A stretch of DNA of 61,676 nucleotides, the filler included, from Sphacelaria rigidula (Eukaryota): assembly GCA_964200075.2 (NCBI GenBank). It is 10 parts of 10 records of this genome, joined end to end, with 100 filler letters (N's around TTAATTAATTAA, not from the genome) between each part and the next. Parts side by side here need not be neighbours in the genome. Positions count along the whole stretch, not along the records: positions 37,069 to 43,145 come from CAXNAA020022394.1; positions 43,246 to 49,322 come from CAXNAA020022395.1; 8 more parts are not named here. One strand, given 5' to 3'. The position numbers and the translations under genes were made by a program. The notes under the pieces were generated by a model that was not told the DNA's origin, did not search any database, and saw only the letters and a program-made list of their open reading frames with translations. Positions 36,969-49,422 of this stretch are shown here, one piece after another (positions within the stretch are counted from its first letter, which is position 1; each line of letters begins with the position of its first letter).

Positions 36969-38011
36969 NNNNNNNNNNNNNNNNNNNNNNNNNNNNNNNN
37001 NNNNNNNNNNNNTTAATTAATTAANNNNNNNNNNNNNNNNNNNNNNNNNNNNNNNNNNNNNNNNNNNNGCGGCAAGCAAAACAAATTTGGACAATCTTTG
37101 AGAAACTTAGAAATTACGCATTCTGCATACTTCTGACGCTGACTACTGTATGTTCTCTTCTTTCATTGTTGTTGCACTTTTTGCTTCGAAATCTAAAGCG
37201 AATATATCTTGAAATGACTCCGAGGATGGTCTGAATAAAATGCATCACAGTGGGAGAGTCCCGTTATACTGCGGCACTCTGAAGTTCGGGATTTTACCAC
37301 AACAGTGCGGTTGGTCGTGATCGCTTGTTTCACAACTTCGATCCACCGTACTCGTACTAATTTCAAGTAGTCATACTTTCCCGGTACAGTATTCTTTCCC
37401 AGTACAGTATTATTTCCCAGTATAGTACGGAGAGCTCAAATAATGCGGTTATGCCAGGCTAGTGATCACAACGCACTACGCTAGGAGCTCCACAGTACAC
37501 CCACATGTGTGCCGGGTTCAAGTATCGCTGACGGTGTTCTCTCATTCGGATGATTGCAAAGGGTCGGACGCCTCATCGCAGGCTCGGATAACAGAATCTA
37601 CGATATCTGAGGCCTGATCGCTCCAAAGAGATAAAAATGTCAACCGCGGGTCGAACAAGTCTGCACGCAAAACTTGCGCTATGGCACGTTCCTGGGGTGC
37701 GCGTACCTGGGGTGCAACACTGAAGAACAAAGCGTAGGGATTGATTCGTACGGTACGAATCACTTACACTAATAGCACGCCATTTGCAGATGAATCATCA
37801 AGCCTTCCGACCCTTGGGATGATCGCTCATCACATTGTGTGAATGGCCTACGGTCTCCGTACATCAGCGCCGCATGTGGCGATTCGCAGGAGGTGCCCAC
37901 ATTGTTCATGTAGACTTCTCGGGTGCACATTTCACTCGTCAAGATATGGCTCCCATGACCCCCGTATACTACTCACCATGGGGAACCCATACCAAACGCT
38001 TGGAATTGGTC

Positions 38012-38178
38012 CACACCCTGGAGAAATATATATTTAGTCAACAGTTGCACTTGACGAAAAAAAAATCTACTGCGTGAAGTGCAGGCGTATTAGCAATAGT
38101 TGCAATAAGCCTATACATAAGGCAGTACAGTTTTTTTTTACCTACTGTAACTATTGACCATATATTGTCCAGGGCGTG
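38012..38178. mobile_element. 167-bp copy of the CACACCCTGG TIR family
   Basis: cacaccctggagaaatata ... tatattgtccagggcgtg; TSD aattggtc/aattggta (7/8). Confidence 0.8.
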
Positions 38179-39136
38179 AATTGGTAATATTTTCCTGTGT
38201 CGCGTGGAATCTCCGAGTGCCAAGTACCTGAGCTAGTTACTGATTCTACGATTGAGGCAGGCGAGAGAGTAAAAAGCATCCGTTGGATGTAAAACTGCCC
38301 GCCCCTCGATCATCATCCGCTGGACATGCACCCTACAGTAGGGGGCGGTCTAACTATTCGGGGGTGTTTTGGGGTTTTCCTCTCGTACTACTCTTCGATA
38401 GAACTCGAAATTTTCTAGCGTCGGTAGATTTTGGTACAATAAACAGATCATCCTCAAAACACAGTGCCCAAATCAGTGTTAGTTGGTGTTATCGGGCGAT
38501 AGGAGTAAATACCTTGTTTATCAGGAGGGTGTTATTGACCGTGAACACACAGTATTTTGGCTCTGGTGCAATCAATGAGTAGGTAAAAAATTTTTAAAAA
38601 AGCTGTACATTTCTCCACAACTATGATCGGGAGAGGCTCGGTCGAACGAAAATACCGAAGAGTAAGAATCTGGGCTGAAACGTGGCAGGACCCCGATGAC
38701 CGGTCAGCCCGTAAGTCACTCAATATTGAGTATAGATGAAAAAGAAATAGTTGGAATGTGGAGCGGAAACAAATATCTTCAGATCCCCAAAGTGATGAGC
38801 GGTGGCAAGCAAGTAGAGCCCAAGAAAATCGCCAATGACAAAAAAAGCACAAAATGCCACAAAATGAATAGCTAGACCGCCCACTACTCTACGCAAAAAA
38901 AAGGGAGAGGAACGCTGCTGCGGCCACAGTGTTTTTACACTCCTAGAAAATAGTGTAATGGTTGATCTTCGAGACTTTTCCTGTGACAACCGTCGTTCGC
39001 CCCGGTGGATCAGCTGGTAACCTCGAAACTTTCTGACGGGTGGTACGTGACGCTTCGAATATCGTGGAAGTCACATGATCTGGGATCTTATCTCACATCA
39101 TGCCCCAGCAGCAGACGAGCCCGGCTGTAAGAATGT

Positions 39137-39430
39137 TTTCACGACAGTGAGAGCAGAGAATACGCTCGAGAGTGAGAGTGAAAATCGGTCAATGAGTTCA
39201 GTGACTCGTTTCAGTTCCGACATGCCCCTCCACGAGGCCCGATACAATTTCTGTAGGACCTCGCCACTGAAGCTCTTGATGTCCCTAACAAGGATATCGA
39301 CGAGTAGCTATGAGCACACGCCGGTGATGGAGGCAAATAAAAGCGCACAAGGAGTGAAAAATCGGCCAAGTCAAGGCGAATGATCAAAGCCAATCTCAAT
39401 GAGCGATCTACTCTCAATCTCACGAAAACG
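39137..39430 (-). mobile_element. Second copy of the 3813-4114 MITE
   Basis: Colinear reverse-complement match incl. gtttcagttccga, gccactga and ctctcaatctcacgaaaacg. Confidence 0.75.
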
Positions 39431-39454
39431 TTTTCCCATGTCGTGGGTACTTCC

Positions 39455-39705
39455 TTATTCCCAACAACAACAAATCGAAGATTTTTGGGTCGATTGAAAA
39501 AATCGGGAATGCGACCAAATGTAAAACTGGCCGCACGAAAAATCGGATTAGTGCGCTAGAATCCTCTTGGAAAACATAGCAAATCTTTCCGAGGAGGCCC
39601 GATCCGTCAAGTCCCGTAATCCGTCGTATGTCCGTGATGAAATGCTCAGAAAAGGGCAGTTCTGGGAGTGTCCATTTTCTGACAGTAAGAAGTGGTCTCA
39701 ACTCA
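39455..39705. repeat. Single arm of the foldback family seen at 43555-44062
   Basis: gtaaaactgg...gcgctagaatcctc...gaggaggccc...aaaagggcagttct matches 43880-44020. Confidence 0.75.
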
Positions 39706-40165
39706 TAAGAGAACAATGATGGAAGACACACGTAACGATGGTCTTCTGGAAGCTCGATGCACTCCTCTCCCCAGAACTTCGGTTCCTGACCCTCAAACGT
39801 CGAGTGAAAAAATTCTGGACTCACGTTCTTAGCCCCAGTGGTCGGACCAGCCTGCAGTGGCCTCCATCCTTACGCTACTGTCACTTTGGTAACGATAGAG
39901 TCATTTTTCGTTGTACCTTCGCAAAAAACGTAACATAACACCATGGTCCCATCAACCCCTTCTGCCCCTACCGGACTTGTCATTTGGATAATCATGACCC
40001 TGGCTCATTTCGTTTCTCTCGTGCTCGACTATCCTGCACCTGCTGTAAAACGAGGAGAGAGTGAAAGGTAACACGAACAAAAAACAAAACAAAAAATGGA
40101 AGAACACAGCCACCACGCCTGTACAGTAAGTAGCCTGCCGCGCGTACCTCAGCAATCAAACCTAC

Positions 40166-40260
40166 CTCCCCATGAGAGTGCGGGCGACACCTTCACGCTT
40201 GGCTTTCTCTATGACGCTCTGCTGCCATCGTTTGACCTCAGGTCGATCGGCATACCACGC
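40166..40260 (-). CDS. Internal exon of a family-A DNA polymerase, organellar POP/Pol I-like
   Basis: ccttcaccag|AWYADRPEVKRWQQSVIEKAKREGVARTLMGR|gtaggt; matches the WY.DR.EV..WQ......A...G...TL.GR segment after motif B in plant/protist organellar DNA polymerases. Confidence 0.8.
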
Positions 40261-40768
40261 CTGGTGAAGGATCACGAAAGAGGTACAACGACGAAAGCAC
40301 ACGATGACAAAAATAAAGAACGTGCGTACGTTCGATGAACTACGACCAACGCATGCGTAGCATCCTATTCGCACCCATCAATCAACATACATCGGGTGAA
40401 CACACACACACAAGCACCAAAAATCCGAGTACCACTTTGAACATCACACAGTTCAGTACTACAAGTTGTACACAAACCGTTTCAAATCAATAGCGGCGCG
40501 CGTAATCTGAGTCTCGTGCGGAAGAAAGAATACAAGTAAAGAAAAAAAAATGGAAAACCCTGATCTGTAGAGGCAAAAGCTCTCTCTAGAATCACGGCAC
40601 GCCCAACACAAAAAAAAGCCGAGTGTTTTGCCAGTACCATTGAATCCCAGAGTGTCCCATTAGAGTGCGCAGGCGGTCCGTCGCACGTACTCCATCTCAC
40701 GGTACCTGTACTCATATCTCCGGCAGCAATGTCTCAGGGTCAACCGAGGATAAAGCATGCAGGCCGTG

Positions 40769-41216
40769 TAGGGTAGGGTACACATCCTGTACCCGACTAT
40801 TTAGAAAGTCCAAGGGCAGGTCGATACTCGATTGCGGGGTATTTTGGAAGTCGTACTTGAAGTACACAAAATGGGGTAGGGTGTTGGGGGTCGCTCTCCA
40901 GTTGTTGTTTGGGTACGACTCTCGACACCCTACCCCAATTCGAGTACATAGAAGTGCGACTTTCAGAAATACCCCGCAATTGAGTATGCCCTACTCGACC
41001 TGCCCTTGGAAAACTCATACTCTTGGTACCCAAAAGTTTGGGTAGGGCATTTCGATCGTACCCAATCTGCCCACATTTTGATCGTACCCCATCTACCCAA
41101 AGTTTGGATGGAGTACGTGAGGCCGTATCCACTCTTCCCAAACGTTGGGTAAAGTAAAATACCCGGGTTATCATACCCGGGTTAACATACCCGGGTGCTC
41201 AAGAGTACCTACCCTA
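40769..41216. mobile_element. hAT-like MITE with many TACCC/GGGTA subterminal motifs
   Basis: Ends tagggtagggtac / gtacctacccta; three tandem atacccgggt units near the right end; TSD not preserved. Confidence 0.6.
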
Positions 41217-41766
41217 GCCAATATGCTCTTGAAAGCTTGAGAAAATAGAGTAACGAAGGCGTGAATCCAGATACGACGCTCATGAGCGGATACAAGGATA
41301 AGCAACCCTTTAGAGCTTTCGTCGCCGGAAAAACATCATTTCGAGTGCGGTGCACGAATCTGGCACACTAGTGTACTTGAACTTAGAGTGAAGCACTGTT
41401 TTGGTTGGCTGCATCAACACTTGCAAAAAAACAACCATATCTTGCGAAAAAAAACGATAATTGTAAATCGTCATTTTTTTCACCGACGGTTCCAAAAGGG
41501 TTAACAACCCCTTCATGCACACAAGTGACATGCTGAACGCGCTGCCGTTGTTAGCACAAGCGTTATTAATATAGAGAAGGGCACACCTTTTGGTTCGTGA
41601 GTAACCAACTCGGAGCATCGACGCAGAAGAGTACCACCAGGAAAAAACTAGCGGTCCATCTGTTTGCCTACAGGGTTACTGCAGAAGGAGATCTCAGGTA
41701 TGAGGTCCGTAGCTAGTCTATCAACGTTTGGAGTGGGAATGCTCACGGCAACGCCATAGTGAAAGT

Positions 41767-41801
<35 letters not shown>

Positions 41802-41887
41802 GGCAACGCTCGCAAGCGAAAAAAAAAGAGCAAGGGGGGGGGGGGGGGGGAGGGAAAAAAAAACAAAAAAAAAAGGAAAAACCAAGA

Positions 41888-41919
<32 letters not shown>

Positions 41920-43554
41920 AAAAGAAAAAAATAGANNNNNAAAAAAAAACCAAAGACACAAAACACAGCACACAAGCAACCCCTGGAAAGGGAAAAAAAA
42001 AGAGCAGGGGGGGGGGGGGAGTGGGAGGGAGAAAAAAACGAAGAGAAGAGGGACATCCAAGCCATAGAAATAAAGTACGAAGCAAAACACAGAACACAGG
42101 AGAGAAATTGTAAGTACGTCCAAGGAAGAGACTAATAAAAAATAAAAATTATAGTCACCGTGAGTAGTCCCTCCGCTTCCTCAAGGGTGACCCCCCAATC
42201 CTTCGAAAGACCATGAGCCGTCTATAGAACAGCGTTCACAAAAAAAAAAAAAAACGGATTAAAGAGGGGACAGGACGACAACAGACGACAAGTCAGGTGG
42301 AAGGCGTGGACGACTGTGGGCATTGTAGATGCAAGATGAAAAAATAAAACAGAAGTACACAAGACTAAATAACGACGAATTGTTTTTTTGTTAGATGCGG
42401 AAGGGCGAAGACAACTGACGCACATGAAGGCGTTGACAACGCTCGGTCGACGCCCCGCCGACAACTGCCATGGTGGCTAGCTCAAGAAAAAAAAAAAAGA
42501 GAAAAAAACGTACTGAGTGCGAACAGTCCGTACGAGGTGAGTCATTTTCCAGTATCGAGGGCTTCTGCGGGCGGGACTGTCAACACCAAGCATTCCACAC
42601 TGGATTAGTTTCGAAGCTCGGGACGTAGCCATTGTCCAGAATCGACGACCAAGCAGGCCGGACAGTCAGCACGAAGCATTCCATACTTGGATACGTTGAA
42701 GGCTCGCAATGGAGTCAGTGTCCAGCATCGAGGGTTGTGCACGCTGGACAGAAAACATGCAAGCATTTCGTACTTCACGATAATTGAACGCTCGCGATGG
42801 GGCACTTCTCCAACACCGTGAGCTGTTTAGACGGAGCTGTGAGGATCTGAAGACTCCGTACTTGATAAGTATAGAGGCTTGACAGCTTCATCACTCAGGC
42901 GCCAGACTTCCTCTCGGAACAATATTACCGCCCGGCCTTCGACGTCGGGTATCCCGACGATCAGGCTGATCAGCTCCTCTTTGTGAGATAATCCCCCCCC
43001 CCCCTCCCCGCAGCCCCCGAAGAAGACAAATATTGTGAGTAAGATGAACCGCAACGGCTGACGAAGGCATGATGTTCAAATGACACCAGTTATTTCTTCG
43101 ACAGCTCATGTCGGAGGGGGGGGGGGGGGGGGGGGGTCGTGTGTTNNNNNNNNNNNNNNNNNNNNNNNNNNNNNNNNNNNNNNNNNNNNTTAATTAATTA
43201 ANNNNNNNNNNNNNNNNNNNNNNNNNNNNNNNNNNNNNNNNNNNNGTGCATCCACGATGAAGTGACAATAATGGTGTCTGGGTTGAAGTCGAGGTTTATG
43301 AGATCCGGGAGACGGGTGTGGTGCGACCATCAGTTGGTGACAGCATCGCGAATCGATGTTGTCTTGAGATTTTCCCGCCCACCCCTCCCTTTGGCGTTTT
43401 ATCGCATTGGATTGGGTTTGAGGATTATCGGATTGAGTTTGCGGCGCATGGCCCACAAGCCGGGTTGGGGGCGGGAGTGCATAATGTGACAAAATTCGAA
43501 AGCAACTGCACAAAAGGCAGTCTTGAACAGGAATTTTGAACGGCTCCCATTACA

Positions 43555-44062
43555 GTCGTTCTGAGGCCGCTACTTTTAGACTGAAAAAAATTCTCTCTGA
43601 GAACTGCCCTTTCGAACCTTTCAATACGGATTATTGGCGGAATACGGGCCTTGGCGGATTTTGCCTGCTCGGGAAGATTTGTTTTACTTTTCACGAGGAT
43701 TCTAGCGCACTTTTCCGCCCAGTTTTACTTTTGACCGGATTCTAATTTTTTTTCAGTCGCTCCCAAAATCATCCAGTTGTCGGGATAAAATTCAGAATCC
43801 GGTCAGAAGTAACGCGTACTTTTTCCCGACAACTGGATGATTTTGGGGGCGACTGAATAAATTCAGAATTCGGTCAAAAGTAAAACTGGGCGTACGAAAG
43901 ATCGGACAAGCGCGCTGGAATCCTCGTGAAGAACATGGCATTTTTTTTCGAGGAGGCCCAATCCGCCAAGGCCCGTATTTCGCCAATAATCCGTGATGAC
44001 AGGTTTAAAAGGGCAGTTCTCAGAGAGAATTTCTTTCAGTCTATAAGAAGCGGCTGAGACCG
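43555..44062. mobile_element. Foldback element, two ~235-bp inverted arms with ~30-bp loop
   Basis: attctctctgagaactgccc...cagttttacttttgaccg...ccaaaatcatccagttgtcggga vs tcccgacaactggatgattttgg...cggtcaaaagtaaaactg...gggcagttctcagagagaat. Confidence 0.85.
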
Positions 44063-44429
44063 TCAAATCCGTCGTTTCTCAAAATATTGTAGCACGTTAC
44101 ATTCTTGCGATCCACAGCAGCATCCGAAGCAGGGGCAAACAGAGCTCTCGCGCGGCAATCACCGGGTGAAGACCTGCGTCTGTCATTTTCGTTGACGTTC
44201 TTTTTGGGCACCTTGCCATTAGCGCTGCCAGCAACAGACATATTAATCCGAAGAATCGAAGGTCTTTACCCGGTCATTGCCGCGCGAGAGCTCTGTTTGC
44301 CCCTGCTTCGGGTACTGTTGTGGAGTGCAAGAATGTAATGTGCTATTTTTGAAAAATGACTGATTTGACAGTCTCGTGATGACGTCACTTGAACGAATAA
44401 AAAATACGCGAAGAAAAGTTGGAACTGCA

Positions 44430-46030
44430 AGAGGTTTTGCACTGCATGTCCACATCCTGCTCGTGTTGTGGGCCAGACTGGTAGCCAACAGGCTAGGTTA
44501 TTTCTGTGAGGAAACAGATATCTTCCCAGAAGGGCAGTGCGGATTCCGGCACCAGCGATCGACTACGGACATGATGTTTGTACCGTAGTACGCCGACTAC
44601 AGGAATAAGGACTGGCGAGCAGTGTCCCACCAGACATGTGCCTCATCGACCTGCAGAAAGCCCACGATTCCGTAGACCGCACGCTCTTGTGGAAAGTGCT
44701 TGCCCGGTCCGGAGTCCCGTCGCGATTGATCACGATCATCCGTATTTTTCACGACGGCATGCGAGCTCGGGTAGAGCTGGACGGTGGCAAACTATCAGCG
44801 TGGTTCAACGTCTGCCAGGGGACAGAGACGAGATGGCCTTTCGTCCCCATTATTGTTCAACATATTCAGCACAGCCTTGGTCGACGTGATTGGACAGCGG
44901 TTCGCAACGGACCCCGTCATCGTCTCGAACGTGATTTCTCTAGATGATTCACCAAGAGGTGACGGCGGTAGACTTCTGAAAGAGACGCAGCTGGAGGAGA
45001 TACGGCGCGCGGTGTGGGCGGTGCTTTATGCGGACGACGCCGGCGTAGTCTCGAGGACCCCAGACGGCCTTGCCAGAATGATGGCCGTGGTATAGTGTTG
45101 ACCTGCCAGGGTTTCGGATTGACGGTATCGGAGATCAACACGAATTTCATGGACCTGTGGTCAGTATCCAGCTCCACAGAGACCGCCCCGCACATCAGCG
45201 CGGCCGGTCAGTGGTATCAGCAGACAGCCAAGCTTGTCTACCTTCGTGGTACCGTCAGCACGGATGCGATAATGTCCATCGAAATCAATCGCCGCATCAG
45301 CACGGATGCGAGAGTATAGTTCCCAACTAAACGATCAACCCAACGCCCAGCTATCCCCGACAGTCTGGCTGCTTGAAGCGGAGGTGTGAAAGCTCTGTCG
45401 TACGGATGTGCCACATGGACGTGACATTCTGAGGACTTGGGCAGTATGGGCACTGGCTATAACAAGATTTTGATACAAGTGGCTGGATTCCGCACGGGCG
45501 ATCAAACGGGCCACATTACTCTTTCGTACAGAGCTGCGCTCGAGATGATTAACTGCGAACGTATCGGAACGACAATCCGCAAGCGTCAACACTGGTTCGC
45601 GGGAGCCCTTGTCCGGCAGGACGAAAAAGGCCCCCCTAAAAGGTCCCCTTAAACGCATCATGCACGGACTATAGGCCGCAAAAGAGCTCAAGGAGGCTAG
45701 CCGTCCCCCGAACACTGGGGGGACAACCTCAAGGAGGACTAACGTGCGCTAGGGGCTCTTCCACGCAAAGGAGCGCGTCGGAAATGGTGCGTCTACGGTG
45801 TAGAGGGTAACGCGTCCACGAAAGGGTCACTGCGGCGAAGAACATTGAGATATAACGTCTTGGAGTCGAGAAAGGGGCGGAAGTGTTTCGAGGGCCCATG
45901 GCGATGCGAAGGAAAAACGAGAATCGGACCGCCGGCACAAACGAGAGGCTGCTGCATCGAGAGGCGTCAATCGGACAATTGCCCGCGCTAGCACAACAAT
46001 AGCAACAGGTCGCGAGGGAATTAAGATGGA
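44430..46030 (+). mobile_element. 5'-truncated, decayed RTE-clade LINE (reverse transcriptase and C-terminal region)
   Basis: QCGFR..RSTTDMMF, IDLQKAHDSVDR..LWKVL, QG...SPLLFNIF, LYADD, VYL.G, W.AG.LVR motifs in order, broken by frameshifts and stops. Confidence 0.92.
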
Positions 46031-47212
46031 AATAACCGAGAAATTGCCCCGCTTTGCACGCGACTATGGATAAATGCAAGAAACTGGGTTAACGCAGAAA
46101 CAGATGCACCCCTTTCTCTTTCTATCGGTTGTTGATTTTGTCCCTGATTATGTCCTTGGTCGGTGCTTCTGCGGTGCTCCCTGGCGTATGGTTGTACCTG
46201 CGCTACTGTACTGCGTCCTTTGAGTTCCATCACTTCTGTAGTCTCCTTCTTCTCTGTTCTCTCTTCCTTTCCCCATCTCTCTCTCCATGTGTGTTCTTTT
46301 CTCTCGGTGTTTGCAAGTAGCAGTTTGGTGCCTCACTACCGCGAGGTTTATGGATGAGAGCTTCATACCCGAAGTAGTGAGGTCGAAATAGAACTACAGG
46401 CTGGTTCACGTTCATCACCCAAAAAACACTCATCGGCAAAACCTCACGCCATTTTGAGGAGTTGGACCCTGAATTTTTGCACGAATGTTGTATGGGTAAT
46501 TACGCAACTTTCGAAGAACGAGGTTTTTCTACTTTTTTACTTTTTTCACCGTTTCGCGGGGGTCCCAGTTTTGGGGAGGAGATTTCGACCCAATCGGACG
46601 CACGTAAAACGGCAACAAAAAATAAAATAAAAAGCCTCGTCCATTCAATGTTGCGTAATGTCCCAAAGCACAGTTGTGCAAAATTTCAGAGTCTAACTCC
46701 TTGAAACGGCGTGAGGTTTTTGGCCTTTGTGCGATGAAGTTTGCCGTACCGCGGTNNNNNNNNNNAACGGCGTTTTTGGGCCTTCTTTGACGTGAACATG
46801 GAAATTCAAGCATCAGTTGAGCGAGTTTTACAACGAAAATTTGTGGAGCCCATCCTTGGGTTATGCGGGGAGGCAGATAGTTCGCGAAAAAATGAAAAAG
46901 CATATCGTAGTGCCGTTATTCTGGGGTCCCAGAATGGAGACTACTTCGAAAAACGCCTTCAATCCGTCAGACCCTCGAAAAACGGTGAAAAATCAAGAAG
47001 TACAAAACAACTCATCCGTAGAAAGTTGCGTGATGATATATAGTATATGTTTGCGAAGTTTCAGGATCTAACTCTTGATGACAGCGTGAAAGTTTGCGCG
47101 TTTGTGGAAGACGTGGGCTCAAAACGTGCAACTCCTAACTACTTGGTTTTAGTATAGAAACGTCTTTTGAGGTGAATTTGACGTCAAGGCAAGAAAAACT
47201 GTGTGAGGGTTT

Positions 47213-48890
47213 CACACCCTGGACAATACCATATGTAAAATATATTGCCAGCTCAATATATCGACGCGTCGGGTGGTCAAAATATATTGGGCGAGCAATA
47301 TGATGGCACGAGAGAGGGTCAACATATATTGTACCATCAGTATGTCGAGGCTCGCGACATGCAATATATATCGACCGAACAATATATTATCACGACACGC
47401 GCCACCTCAATATATTGGCCGAGTAATATGTTGGTGCGAGAAGGCACCAATATATGTTTGTCGTGTAATATGTTGGCTGCCACCCAAGGTCAATATATAT
47501 TGACGATTCAATATACTCGACACCCGAAGCGCCAATATATATTGCCGCCCCAATATGTCGTGCGCCAATGGGTCCAATGTATATTGGGCAGACAATATAC
47601 GAGGGAACCGACGGTCACAATTCATGTTGGTGTAGCAAAATATATTGATTATCGACATGTAGATTGGAAAGTGTATTGAAATTAGTATCGTGGGCAGTTC
47701 TTTGTTCGCGAGCGCCATTCAGAGATGTATTTTACATGCCGAAAACGCTCAATGTATTCCTCCGCAAGCGTGTTTAATGTATATTGGCCGCACAATAGCT
47801 ATCCGATGAGCGTGCGCAATATGTATTGGAAAAACAATTCCTCTGCATGGTTTGCGTTCAATATATATTATGGTAACAATATGCTACGCATCTCTTCGTC
47901 TCAATATATATTGTCAATATATATTGACACTTCAATAGATACACTGCCGGCATGCACAATATATAGTGAATATTTTCTTCCCGGAGCAAATGCATGTCCA
48001 ATATATAGTGTCATATATTACTTCATGATCATGACACGAGCAATATATGTTGTTGCTTCAATGTCTCCGAGGACTTCTCACTACAATATATATTGACAGG
48101 ACAATCTTCCAGCTGGCTCCAATACAAAGTATTGGTATCATATTGGAACATATTGTATTGTCCAGGGTATAAGCAACATAGCCCCGGTGACCACAGGGGT
48201 ACCAAAAGGCGCATACCGACCCGTGTTTTCTGTCATCGTGATGTTTGGCCAAGATATAGTATGAACTACATACTGGGAAGGGGATGCGCGGCACCGCAAC
48301 GGTGGCCAGATAGGTATCAGGAGGCATACATATATATATCGGGTCGCCTCTTCTGTCACCATATTTTCTGACCAGTATATATATATATATATACATATAT
48401 ATGTCAAACGCATTCGACAACTCTCCGTAGTAATGCACGCGAACTTCTGCGGCTCCCTTTGAAGCTTTCCCAATCTGCACGGGCTCCGGCATCCATCGCG
48501 TATGGATCTTTCTTAAAGCGTACACCATACTTATAATATCCAATATATATTGACCGGCCAATACATTGACACCCACGCAGACCCTATATATATTGACCGG
48601 TCAATATGTTCTCATCAATGCGAGCCTAATATATATTGGTCGTGCAATATGCTGTCGCCCACGCTGCCCCAATATATATTGATGGGACAATATGTGTTCG
48701 ACCCCACAGTACCAACATATATCGGGCGGGCAATCAATGTGTATGCAGTCCCGCGACATCAATATATATTGGGCGCGCAATACGTGAGCAGTCCAAGGGT
48801 ACCAATATATATTACGCCGGCAATATATTGCAAAATTCCAATATGATCGACTAATATATATTGAGAATATATTGTATTGTCCAGGGTGTG
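47213..48890. mobile_element. 1678-bp non-autonomous DNA transposon, perfect 17-bp TIR and 8-bp TSD
   Basis: cacaccctggacaatac (47213-47229) / gtattgtccagggtgtg (48874-48890); gagggttt at 47205-47212 and 48891-48898; no transposase ORF. Confidence 0.93.
47236..48863 (+). repeat. 42-43-bp periodic dual-repeat array with variable spacers (about 26 units in three blocks)
   Basis: Consensus CAATATATATTG-N6-CAATATRYYG-N14/15; unit starts 47236, 47278, 47320, 47362, 47406, 47448, 47491, 47533, 47575, 47618; 47775-48084; 48541-48803. Confidence 0.9.
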
Positions 48891-49422
48891 GAGGGTTTCG
48901 ATTTTCTCCACCAAACTTTGTACATGTGTTCCTTGGACTCTCCCAGGACGCACCATTTAATTTTTTTTCTTTCGGGATATGCTGTACCGCCTTCCGGGGA
49001 TGTTCATGCTGGGACCCCTGGAAGCCGGTAGAGAACGGAGAAACCACGATGCATTGTCAAGAATACAATTTTTCCATTTTGAGCATCAATACCTACGGAT
49101 TTGCCAGGTTTGAGGGCGATCTGAGCTTTTTTACGACATATATATATATAGGGGACACCGTCACGAGACTCCCTGGGTCTTTCGTGCGTATCATCAGTGG
49201 AAATTAGACGACGCCAACACCCGACATCACCGAAACATCACGGTTTCGGGAATAATTCGACCCCCGTAGTAACCGTTAAAAAGATATGATTTACTCGTTA
49301 GATTCCCGTGTCGATGACGGTTNNNNNNNNNNNNNNNNNNNNNNNNNNNNNNNNNNNNNNNNNNNNTTAATTAATTAANNNNNNNNNNNNNNNNNNNNNN
49401 NNNNNNNNNNNNNNNNNNNNNN

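Noticed and set aside
37572..37706. Exon VRAPQERAIAQ...ACDE continuing the unknown gene; also candidates 41672-41717 and 42687-42743
   Set aside because: On a different contig from the rest of the chain, needs a GC donor, and shows no similarity to the polymerase exon on its own contig
41760..42060. Lys-rich/Phe-rich ORFs
   Set aside because: Products of (CA)n, poly-A and poly-G runs around an internal N gap; low-quality sequence
47245..47679. 144-aa ORF with 14-aa QYIL..QY repeats as a real repeat protein
   Set aside because: The conserved residues come from palindromic DNA motifs, the register shifts between frames, units of 43-44 bp break the frame, and the other strand gives similar peptides
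47236..48863. Bona fide CRISPR array
   Set aside because: Eukaryotic context, repeats and spacers too short and degenerate, no cas genes, and enclosed by TIRs with a TSD
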